The notes: generated by a model from the sequence alone, not told the origin. Shown: positions 7,507 through 18,661, numbered from the stretch's first letter. The stretch is 20,788 nucleotides of DNA from Armatimonadota bacterium (GCA_043754515.1 JAYUUO010000302.1:1-20788), one strand, 5' to 3'. Program-made: numbers and translations.

Positions 7507-8703
7507 CTACTTCTCCGCCATTTTCAACTTCATGCTTTGCGGCGTGAATTTAGGCTTGTAAAAGGAGCATTTATAGGAGGGCGAATATTCTTTGGGATTT
7601 TCCGCCTCCGCCAGAAACACCTGTTTGTCGAGTTTAGTACAACGCTCGAACGGCTTGTCATAGTGCCCGCAGTCGTAGCACCGCCGTAACACCGTCCAGC
7701 AGACCGAGCAACGTAGCGACCCGATCAGCTCGATGCGACCGCACAGCGGGCAGTGTATGTACACCTCGCTGAAGCCGTAGTCCTTGTTCTCGAGTGCCTC
7801 GCGCACCTTGTGCGTAAACACTTCCATGTGGCGTGTCGCTTGAGCGACGGTGGCGAGCAACTGGTTCATCTCCTCGTTCGCCAGGAACTCCACGATACGG
7901 TCGTCCATCAGATCCCCGATGGCGGTCATTTGCTTGTCAATCGCCTTCAGATGCTCGCGGGCGGTCTGCGCCCTATACGGGCGTTTGCGCTCCTCTTTGG
8001 CGGTCAGCGAGCGGATCATCTGGTCAGCGACCGACGCCGAGACGTGCAGGAACACCTCTTTTTTGGTTGGGTACTTCTGTATCGCGCTGATGAGTTGCTC
8101 GAGCCCCGTCACCGACAACTTGTCTTTTTTGACTTTGAGCACGAGGCGCATCTGTGTGGACGGATCGTCGTTCAGCGCGATCAGGGCGCGGGCGTGCCCC
8201 TCGTTGAAATTAGTGACCGGCGCGCCGGGGCGCGAGATCAACTCGCTCTGGACATGCGGCGGTAATTCCAGAAGCTCCAACATGCGGCGCACGGTGGTCT
8301 CGGACACGCCGAGGGTCTTCGCTGCCTTCTCATATGTCATGAACTGCAAGAGTCGTTGTACCGCGCGCGCCTTCTCGATGGCGTTCATGTCCTCGCGCTG
8401 GAAGTTTTCCAGCAGTGCGTCGGCGGCGGCTTCCTCGTCGTTGAGGTCGCGGATGACGACCGGCATCTCGGAAAGTCCCGCCATCTTAGAGGCGCGGAAC
8501 CGCCGCTCGCCCATGACGATCTCGTAGCAACCGGCCTTGTCACCCGACAGGGGACGTACCACGATCGGCTGAAGGACACCGCGCTCTTTAATAGAGGCGG
8601 CGAGTTCTTCCAGGCTCTCCTGGTAGAACGTCTTACGCGGCTGATCCTCGGCGGGACGGATCTTTTCAATATCCAGCATGGTCTGCGTTTGCATTTGTGA
8701 CAT
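7507..8703 (-). CDS. ParB/Spo0J-family CTPase-HTH protein with 8-Cys C-terminal extension (398 aa)
   Basis: QPRKTF, LAASIKERGVLQPIVVRP, GERRFRA arginine patch, ENFQREDMNAIEKA, HTH (YEKAAKTLGVSETTVRR), EGHARAL; tail CPLC-CSVC-CYDC-C-C. GAGGAG upstream of ATG 8703. Confidence 0.93.
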   Translation of the reverse strand: MSQMQTQTMLDIEKIRPAEDQPRKTFYQESLEELAASIKERGVLQPIVVRPLSGDKAGCYEIVMGERRFRASKMAGLSEMPVVIRDLNDEEAAADALLENFQREDMNAIEKARAVQRLLQFMTYEKAAKTLGVSETTVRRMLELLELPPHVQSELISRPGAPVTNFNEGHARALIALNDDPSTQMRLVLKVKKDKLSVTGLEQLISAIQKYPTKKEVFLHVSASVADQMIRSLTAKEERKRPYRAQTAREHLKAIDKQMTAIGDLMDDRIVEFLANEEMNQLLATVAQATRHMEVFTHKVREALENKDYGFSEVYIHCPLCGRIELIGSLRCSVCWTVLRRCYDCGHYDKPFERCTKLDKQVFLAEAENPKEYSPSYKCSFYKPKFTPQSMKLKMAEK

Positions 8704-8911
8704 TATAAGAATAGGCTCCTCGCACAGGGGCAGGCGAGGCGCGTGATCCGCTACTCGCCCGTGTCGCCGTCCCGCTCCCGCCATTTGGGGGAGCGGGCGG
8801 GCGACAGGTTTGCCCGTCCGGTGTCACGGTCCCTGAATCGTTCGGGTACCGCCGCGCCGTGTTAATTGCCGAAACGTAATAGTTGCGGCGTTCGTCTGTA
8901 GGCATATGGCT

Positions 8912-8927
8912 TGCAAAAACCATGCCA
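8912..8927 (-). promoter_or_regulatory. sigma54 (-24/-12) promoter for the ParB-like gene
   Basis: Minus strand TGGCATG-GTTT-TTGCA with consensus spacing, about 210 nt upstream of the ATG. Confidence 0.7.
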
Positions 8928-9102
8928 AACGCGGAAAATCTATCGGGCCGACGCGGAACACTCATCCCGCGCCCTGTCGCTCCTCGCGCGGAAGTGCCCG
9001 CCCCAATAGTCGTACCCGTCCCACGTGATTCGCACGTATGCCATCGGAGGGAATACGGCATAACGGCTCGGTGCCGGTGCGCAGGCCATCTTTTTTTTGG
9101 CG

Positions 9103-9118
9103 CGGCACGAATATTGCA
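9103..9118 (+). promoter_or_regulatory. sigma54 (-24/-12) promoter facing parA
   Basis: CGGCACG-AATA-TTGCA; GG at 9104 and GC at 9116; about 310 nt upstream of the ParA ATG. Confidence 0.7.
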
Positions 9119-9425
9119 AATAGTATATATGAGTGATGGCGGACGGTTGATCACGAGAGGTGGCCGCGACGAAAATATACACCTAATATGATGGTAACCC
9201 CGCGACGCGCCCGACGGGTATCCGGTACAATGCCGTTGCGAAGCGCGGCGTGGCGTCGGGTTTCGGTGCGCTATTGTAACAGAGCAAGGCGCGGTACTGC
9301 AATTATTTCCGCCGGGTGCCGATACTCTTAACAGGATGCGCGAGGCGTGAACAACGCCACATGCCCATCGGGGCGACCTCGCGCCAGTTTATATCACAAG
9401 TTTACGACTGATTTTGGGGGAACGT

Positions 9426-10187
9426 ATGCGAATTATTACCATCGCGCAGCAGAAAGGCGGCGTCGGCAAGACGACTTCCACCGTGAATATCGCTGCCGGT
9501 CTTGCACAAAAAGGACTGCGGGTACTCGCGGTGGACGCCGACCCACAGGGTTCGATGACGCTCGCGCTCGGGACCGACCCGAACGAGGTCGAAGTCACCA
9601 TCGGGGACGCGATGCTGTCTGGCTTGCCGGTGCCGACGCAGCCGACCCAGGTGCCGAATCTCGACCTGTGCCCGGCGTCCCGGCTTCTCGCGGACACCGA
9701 GTTCTTGCTCGTCCCGAAGACAGGGCGCGAGCGGTTCATGGCGCGCGCACTCGAGGACGTGCGCGGCGAGTACGACTGGGTGATCATTGACGCGCCCCCG
9801 TCCCTCGGCCTGATTACGATCAACTCGATGGTCGCGTCACAATATCTGTTCGTGCCTGTGACCCCCGCGCTCCTTTCCGCCGCGGGTCTGCGCGATCTGC
9901 TACAGACGGTGGAGGAAGTGCGGCAGGGCGGGCTGAACCCGAAACTGCTACTCGGCGGGATTTTCGTAACATTCGCCGATTCGCGGACCGTTGCCGCGCG
10001 GCGCACCGAATCGGAACTGCGCGAAGACCTCGGCGACCTGATCATGGAGACCACGATCGGGCGACGCATCGCGCATGAGTACGCCGCGCAGGCGGGATTG
10101 CCCGCCCTAGTCGCCGATCCGACCAGCATGGCGGCGACAGAATATCGTAACCTAACGGAGGAGGTACTGCAACGTGCCAATAAGTAA
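9426..10187 (+). CDS. parA: ParA/Soj-family ATPase (253 aa)
   Basis: Deviant Walker A KGGVGKTT, VDADPQGS, YDWVIIDAPPSLG; GGGGGA RBS before ATG 9426. Confidence 0.95.
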   Translation: MRIITIAQQKGGVGKTTSTVNIAAGLAQKGLRVLAVDADPQGSMTLALGTDPNEVEVTIGDAMLSGLPVPTQPTQVPNLDLCPASRLLADTEFLLVPKTGRERFMARALEDVRGEYDWVIIDAPPSLGLITINSMVASQYLFVPVTPALLSAAGLRDLLQTVEEVRQGGLNPKLLLGGIFVTFADSRTVAARRTESELREDLGDLIMETTIGRRIAHEYAAQAGLPALVADPTSMAATEYRNLTEEVLQRANK

Positions 10188-10524
10188 CGGGAAGATGCCG
10201 CACCGCAGGGTGCTTCTGACGCAACCTTCGAACGAGGTCGAGATGGCGGACGCGCCCGCCGCGCCCGCGCCGTCCGTCGCCGCCAACCTGGAGAACGACG
10301 CGTCCGCCGTGCGCGTGATCGCCTACTTGACCCAGGAAGAGGGTGCCCGCATGGAGCAGACCTGGCTCCAGATGCGTGGCTTCGGGATCCGCTCTAGCAA
10401 AGCTGATATCGTACGCGCCGCGCTCCTGATGGCTCTCGACAACGAGGAAGCCCTGCGCGAACAGCTACAGGGCGCGAGTACCGGCAATAGGGCGGTAGTC
10501 GCGTCTATCGCGGGGCGCAAATAG
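10174..10524 (+). CDS. Small ParA partner, probable ribbon-helix-helix (ParG-like) DNA-binding protein (116 aa)
   Basis: GTG start with GGAGGAGG 9 nt upstream, overlapping the parA 3' end; flexible Pro/Ala N-terminus then strand-helix-helix pattern (VRVIAYLT-QEEGARMEQTWLQM...SKADIVRAALLMAL), the layout of type Ib partition cassettes. Confidence 0.7.
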   Translation: MPISNGKMPHRRVLLTQPSNEVEMADAPAAPAPSVAANLENDASAVRVIAYLTQEEGARMEQTWLQMRGFGIRSSKADIVRAALLMALDNEEALREQLQGASTGNRAVVASIAGRK

Positions 10525-10540
10525 GTAAGGCAGAGGTACT

Positions 10541-10561
10541 GGCGCGGGGTCGCCCCGCGCC
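10541..10561. terminator. GC-rich hairpin between convergent genes
   Basis: GGCGCGGGG-tcg-CCCCGCGCC in the 47-nt gap between convergent stops; no clear U-tract. Confidence 0.45.
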
Positions 10562-10571
10562 GGTTGTCGCG

Positions 10572-11328
10572 CTACTCCCCGTCGTCAGTGGCGGACGCGG
10601 CGTCCGTAAGCACCCCCGTAGTATCGGGGGCATAAGGCTGTGAGTGGCTGAAATGCTCCCCCCAATTGGCGACGTACTTTCCGGCGAGCGCGGGGTCGTG
10701 GACGATGACCACGTTCTCCGCGTTTTTAGTTTCGCCCCCCTTGGTAAAGTTCATGCTTCCGGTGACCACCACCTCGGAATCAACGATGATCACCTTGTTG
10801 TGGGCGAGCTTATGTTGTCTGTCCACTCCCGTTTCTACTCCGGTATTCGCGACGTAAGTTGCTTTGTTGCCGGACTCGTTGAGCCGTGATGGACATAGAA
10901 GCACGCGCACCATCACGCTGCGCCGGTGCGCCGCGACGAGTGCTTCCGCGATGGGCCTACTGGTAAAACTGTAAGCCTGAACCAGCATGCTCTTCATTTG
11001 CGCCCGCGATCTGCGCGACCAGGGCGTCCACGCAACCGCCGTTCGGTGAGAAACATACCTGCACCGAGCGCGGTACGGAAGCCTTTTCCCGCGCCTCGAA
11101 GCCGAAGCGATAGGCGAGGAACGTGGCAATCGGTAGCGCGACGAGCGCGGTCACCAGGCCGATGCGCCCTGCGCGGGTGCGTGCGCCGAGCAAACCGAGC
11201 AGAACAATAACCACGCCGAACAAGCCGGAGAGAATGTACAGGGTCGGAACAAAGAAGGTCGCCGTGACTGCGGCAAGCCCGGTTATGCCAAGGAAGAGCG
11301 AGGAGCGACCCCACAAGACAGGATTCAT
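10572..11328 (-). pseudogene. Membrane-anchored PLD-family (Nuc-like HKD) endonuclease, frameshifted by one extra base near 10996
   Basis: One frame gives about 3 TM segments then VQVCFSPNGGCVDALVAQIAGA; another frame continues KSMLVQAYSFTS...HNKVIIVD...TGSMNFT...NAEN. Removing base 10996 yields ..IAGAKKSMLVQAYSF. AAGGAG precedes ATG 11328. Could also be a sequencing error. Confidence 0.8.
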
Positions 11329-11472
11329 ACGCCAAAACTCCTTTGTCCGCGAGGTCCACCCCCCACGGGTCGAGCCGAACAAGTCGGCCACCCCTCACGC
11401 CGGGGCGATTGCGTCGTAGTCAGGTGCTTACCCGGCGAGCCGTTCGGCGGGCGCGTCGGTGCAGGACGCGAA

Positions 11473-11521
11473 CGTTCCCGGTGGGTCGCGGTTCACCGTC
11501 CGACGCGACCCACCGGGAACG
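11473..11521. repeat. 18-bp perfect inverted repeat (13-nt loop)
   Basis: CGTTCCCGGTGGGTCGCG (11473-11490) / CGCGACCCACCGGGAACG (11504-11521), between the reductase stop and the nuclease start. Confidence 0.85.
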
Positions 11522-11634
11522 CTCACGTTTCCTACCCGCGAACATTAGTAGTTTTAGCGGCCCGCCGCCCGACGCAATCGCCATACGTCAACACAACGGA
11601 CTCGCGGCCCCAGATCGCCACCGTGTAAGAAATA

Positions 11635-12630
11635 TCACAGGTAAAAGTCGTGTGCGTATAGGTCGGCGACGCGGGCGACTTCCTCTAGGCTGAGGGGCGT
11701 GGTGCCCGCCGCGCCCGCGAGCTCGGCGAGTTGCGGCGCGTCATAAATGTTCGGTAGTACGGAAACGATGCTCGGCTCGGACAGGATGAACTGGATCGCG
11801 GCCTGACTGATCGTGCGACCGGTGCCCTCGGTCAGGAACCCCAGCTTCTCCACCTTGAGCAGACCTTTGTCGAGCCACGCCCGCTTCGCCTCGTTCGTGG
11901 TCATACGCCAGTTGCGGTGATCGCCGGGCGCGAACGTCGTGTCGGCGTGCAGATTTCCTTCGAGCAACCCGGACGCGTGCGGGACGCGAGTTAATACCGC
12001 CTTGCCGTGCCGCCGCGCGGACTCGAAGATCGGCGCACCAACCTGCTGCTCGAGCAGATTGTAGATGATTTGCACACCCGCCATGTCCGTGTTCTCGATC
12101 ACGTGTACCGACTCGTCCGCCTGACGCGGGTCAATCGCTGGCCCGAGCGCGGCACCGTAGGCACGTATCTTGCCCTCGGTCTTCAATGCTTCCAGCGTCG
12201 CCAGCAGATCATCGCTCGTCAGAGCGTCCATGCGCGGGTTGTGCAACTGGTAGAAGTCAATCCGGTCGGTGCCCAGCCGTCCCAGTGACTTCTCTACCGC
12301 GAAGCGCAGATACTCCGGTGTCCAGTCGTGCGGGCGTTCGCGCTGGTTCGCGCTCGGGGCGTTGTGGTAAATGTCGTAGCCGAACTTGGTCGCGATGGTG
12401 ATCTCGTCGCGGCGGCCTGGGAACGCCTCGGCGAGGATCGTCTCCGCTCCGCCGTCGTCGTACGTGTCCGCCGTGTCGTAGAACGTCACGCCGAGGTCGA
12501 GCGCACCGCGTAACAGATCAATGCCGACCGCGCGGTCCGTGATTCCCCACCACGTCGTCGCCACCGTCCATACGCCGAAGCCGACAACGGACGCCGAAAT
12601 GTCGGTGCCAGGAAAAGTTCGATACTGCAT
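11635..12630 (-). CDS. Aldo/keto reductase (331 aa)
   Basis: [71 protein letters not shown] motifs with the Asp-Tyr-Lys-His tetrad. Confidence 0.96.
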   Translation of the reverse strand: MQYRTFPGTDISASVVGFGVWTVATTWWGITDRAVGIDLLRGALDLGVTFYDTADTYDDGGAETILAEAFPGRRDEITIATKFGYDIYHNAPSANQRERPHDWTPEYLRFAVEKSLGRLGTDRIDFYQLHNPRMDALTSDDLLATLEALKTEGKIRAYGAALGPAIDPRQADESVHVIENTDMAGVQIIYNLLEQQVGAPIFESARRHGKAVLTRVPHASGLLEGNLHADTTFAPGDHRNWRMTTNEAKRAWLDKGLLKVEKLGFLTEGTGRTISQAAIQFILSEPSIVSVLPNIYDAPQLAELAGAAGTTPLSLEEVARVADLYAHDFYL

Positions 12631-12636
12631 GAGGTT

Positions 12637-12665
12637 ATCGTACGCCGGGACGGGAGGGGCGTCAA
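12637..12665 (-). promoter_or_regulatory. sigma70-type promoter predicting a leaderless reductase mRNA
   Basis: Minus strand TTGACG (12665-12660), 17 nt, TACGAT (12642-12637), 6 nt, ATG (12630); no Shine-Dalgarno. Confidence 0.7.
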
Positions 12666-12693
12666 GTGAAAGTTGGCACTACGGTTATAAGGA

Positions 12694-13107
12694 TCACGCG
12701 GCGGCGAACGCCTGCGCACGCCACAGGTTGCCGTAAAAGCGCAGTGCCTTGCGGAGCGATTGCCGGTTGCGGTCGTTCGCGCCCCCCGTAACCTTGCCGA
12801 CGATTACTTTGGCGATGCCGATCGCCTCGCTGTACCGGTCGCCGAAAAGACGCAGGGCGTTGCGCACGGTCCAGCGCGGCATTTCCTTCGCCTTCGCCAT
12901 CGCGGATTTTTCCCGCTCGCGGGCGGAGCGGGCGAGTATCAGCACCGCTGGGCCGCCGATGGTCGCCTGAACCGCGGTTACGGCCCGGTGAAAGCGCGGT
13001 TTTACCGTACACCGCTCCCGGAGCGCGTCCACCAGGTCGTACTCGTGTCGGTTCATGGCACCGTATATTTGCAGCGCGGTTCGTATGGTGGTAATGGCGT
13101 TGATCAT
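12694..13107 (-). CDS. Hypothetical basic, probably helical protein (about 137 aa)
   Basis: Open frame with protein-like composition filling the gap between two clear genes; no family recognised; start uncertain. Confidence 0.45.
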   Translation of the reverse strand: MINAITTIRTALQIYGAMNRHEYDLVDALRERCTVKPRFHRAVTAVQATIGGPAVLILARSAREREKSAMAKAKEMPRWTVRNALRLFGDRYSEAIGIAKVIVGKVTGGANDRNRQSLRKALRFYGNLWRAQAFAAA

Positions 13108-13323
13108 GGGTGCGTCGCAAAAGCCTGTGCGCGGTGTCGCGCCCGTTGGATTCAAGCGGCTCCGGGTTCCGCGCCGATTGTGGATGACGTATCGGAAACG
13201 AAAACGGGGCGTCCGCTATTACTATGAGTATCGGGAATATCGAGTGATTCTATTTGTTCGGTCAGTACATCTATGACTGGACATAGCCGCCCGGAACGTT
13301 CCCTGATTACGAAAGCACGAACC

Positions 13324-14241
13324 ATGCCAGAACCCAACGACGCCGCGCCTATTTTGTATGTCTCCGACTTGTCGGCGGATCGCTTCGACCCGGCGGATCT
13401 GTTCGATCTCGCATTCCTTCTGCGTTCTCCGGAAAGACTCGCGCTCCGGGGCGTCGTACTGCCGGATGGCGGCGGAGCGCGTACGCTAGACCCGCTCGCG
13501 GCGCGGGCAACCGGCGCGGGGAACATCGCCTACCGCACCGGCGCGGACGGATTCGAGGCGGCACTGCGGGCGGCGGACGAGCCGGTGAGCGTGGTCGCGG
13601 TGGCCAGTTTCGCGCTGATCGCGGCGGTGTTGCGGCGTGAGCGAGCGTTGTTCCGGAAAAAAGTCGCGCGGCTCTTTCTGGTAGGCGGGCACGCGAACGA
13701 CTATACACTGCCCCGCGCCGATGGGGAGCGGTTGCCGCTCGACCCGCGCCTGAAAGAGCGACACCCAGAGCGGTTCGCGCCCGGTGGGGACCCGCGCCTC
13801 TCCGTCCCCGACGAATCGCGGGCGTTCGTGGATCTTCTGACGTCCGGCGAAGGGGTCATCTGGTTACCCCGCGACATCTGCCTCTGGCGGTACGCCGCGC
13901 CGCAGGTGCTGAGCGACGGCGGCGCGGTCTGTGAGTGGCTTCTACGGGAGTTGTTCTTCGCAAACCTGCAATCCGGCATGGACCGGTTCGCGGCGGGGGA
14001 CGCCCCGGTGCTGTTGTCCGCGCTCCCCGCGTTCCTGCTCGCGACCCAGCCCGACCCGCTGGGATGGTTGCGCCTGTTCCGCGCCGTCACCGCACGCATC
14101 GAGGTTGACGCGGAGACCGGGCGGGTGGCGGCGATCGCGGTAAAGCACGAACGCCCGAACCTGTACGCCGTGGTGGGCATTGATGGTCGCGCGTTGGGCG
14201 AATCGCTGACGAAGGTGTTGCGCGTTCGCCCGCTCACGTGA
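13324..14241 (+). CDS. Nucleoside-hydrolase-fold (IU-NH-like) protein with degenerate Asp cluster
   Basis: PILYVSDLSADRFDPADLFDLAFLLRSPE resembles the N-terminal Asp-rich motif; VSVVAVASFALIAAVL...LFRKKVARLFLVGG resembles the core strand/helix region. Start at 13324 or 13273. Confidence 0.6.
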   Translation: MPEPNDAAPILYVSDLSADRFDPADLFDLAFLLRSPERLALRGVVLPDGGGARTLDPLAARATGAGNIAYRTGADGFEAALRAADEPVSVVAVASFALIAAVLRRERALFRKKVARLFLVGGHANDYTLPRADGERLPLDPRLKERHPERFAPGGDPRLSVPDESRAFVDLLTSGEGVIWLPRDICLWRYAAPQVLSDGGAVCEWLLRELFFANLQSGMDRFAAGDAPVLLSALPAFLLATQPDPLGWLRLFRAVTARIEVDAETGRVAAIAVKHERPNLYAVVGIDGRALGESLTKVLRVRPLT

Positions 14242-14430
14242 GCGAGGCATGCGGCAAGATCAAGCGGCACGGTCCCGCGCCACGGAACACTGGCCCGCCG
14301 CGGGATGGGCGGACAGCCGCGCAGTCGCCACGCTTTGACGTGTTCGTATGCCAAGACCGGGGAGCAGGGTGGAGTGATTGCCCGACGCCCGCTACTTCTT
14401 CCTGCACATCGGCGGACGTTTAGCGCGACT

Positions 14431-14817
14431 TTACTGTTGTGCGCGGATCTCGCTCGCTTCGTCGCCAGTGAGAGGGGCGCGGCTGGCGTGGCGGATGTGA
14501 ACGATTGAGACGCGCGGGCCGTCCAGCCCATCCCTGACCGCGAAGTAGATCAGGTGGTAGGCGACCGCGCTGTCCCTGGACAGCCTCGCCAGCACCCGCC
14601 GCACCGGGCAGCCCAGCACCGCCGACTTGTGCTCCGCAACCGCGTAACGCTCCGGGTTTTGGTTGAGCGAAGCCGCATCTTCCCGCACTCTCCGGTAGAG
14701 CAAAGCGGCACGGGACTCGTCCCCCGTTCTATGCGCGTAATCTACCACGGCTATATTCAGGTCTCGCTCTGCGCGTGGCGACAAGCGAATGCTATATCGT
14801 AGCGGGACCTCACTCAT
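14431..14817 (-). CDS. Type II toxin, RelE/ParE family (128 aa)
   Basis: YSIRLSPRAERDL...LNQNPERY...VRRVL...YHLIY...VSIVHIRHASR; ATG 14817 overlaps the antitoxin stop (ATGA). Confidence 0.9.
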   Translation of the reverse strand: MSEVPLRYSIRLSPRAERDLNIAVVDYAHRTGDESRAALLYRRVREDAASLNQNPERYAVAEHKSAVLGCPVRRVLARLSRDSAVAYHLIYFAVRDGLDGPRVSIVHIRHASRAPLTGDEASEIRAQQ

Positions 14818-15101
14818 AGCTTGTTGCCGCGCGTTCGCTTCCACTCCGCGAGGGACGCCGCGATGTGCTCGTCTACCTCCTCCAGAGTGTAGCTCTCCCC
14901 TGCTTGTAACTGTGCAATGCCTTCCTGCACGGTGGCGAACGTGTCCGCGTCCATCCGCTCGTCACCAGGCACCGACTCGAATACCCACTCGCCGTTCTCC
15001 GGATAATCGAAGTGACTGAAGAGTCGCTCGCGCCGCGCTTCGGGCAGTTGCTGGACGAGCGCGATGATCTGCTCGTCGGTCAGGTCAATCGTTAAAGTCA
15101 T
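14814..15101 (-). CDS. Cognate antitoxin (acidic, 95 aa)
   Basis: Small acidic ORF translationally coupled upstream of the toxin; C-terminal VQEGIAQLQAGESYTLEEV is typical of ParD-like antitoxins. Confidence 0.8.
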   Translation of the reverse strand: MTLTIDLTDEQIIALVQQLPEARRERLFSHFDYPENGEWVFESVPGDERMDADTFATVQEGIAQLQAGESYTLEEVDEHIAASLAEWKRTRGNKL

Positions 15102-15122
15102 AGCGTTGATGCTCTCACCAGA

Positions 15123-15131
15123 ATTATAGCA
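15123..15131 (-). promoter_or_regulatory. Extended -10 promoter (TGcTATAAT) of the toxin-antitoxin operon
   Basis: Perfect TGnTATAAT on minus, 21 nt before the antitoxin ATG and just downstream of the secA terminator. Confidence 0.7.
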
Positions 15132-15151
15132 CGGGCGGGAATATCCGTAAC

Positions 15152-15193
15152 AAGAAAGGGTTCACGGCGAGTGATCGCCGTGAACCCTTTCTT
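15152..15193 (-). terminator. secA intrinsic terminator (possibly bidirectional)
   Basis: 19-bp perfect inverted repeat AAGAAAGGGTTCACGGCGA-gtga-TCGCCGTGAACCCTTTCTT starting 15 nt after the secA stop, ending in TTTCTT on both strands. Confidence 0.9.
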
Positions 15194-15208
15194 CCTTCAA
15201 TCGCTCCC

Positions 15209-18661
<3,453 letters not shown>

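Noticed and set aside
9017..9032. CACGTG core as a possible parS site
   Set aside because: Flanks do not fit TGTTTCACGTGAAACA and are not palindromic.
7507..15101. Integrated plasmid or prophage suggested by par genes, Nuc-like nuclease and toxin-antitoxin pair
   Set aside because: No integrase, rep, transfer or phage genes and no att repeats seen; metabolic genes are interspersed.
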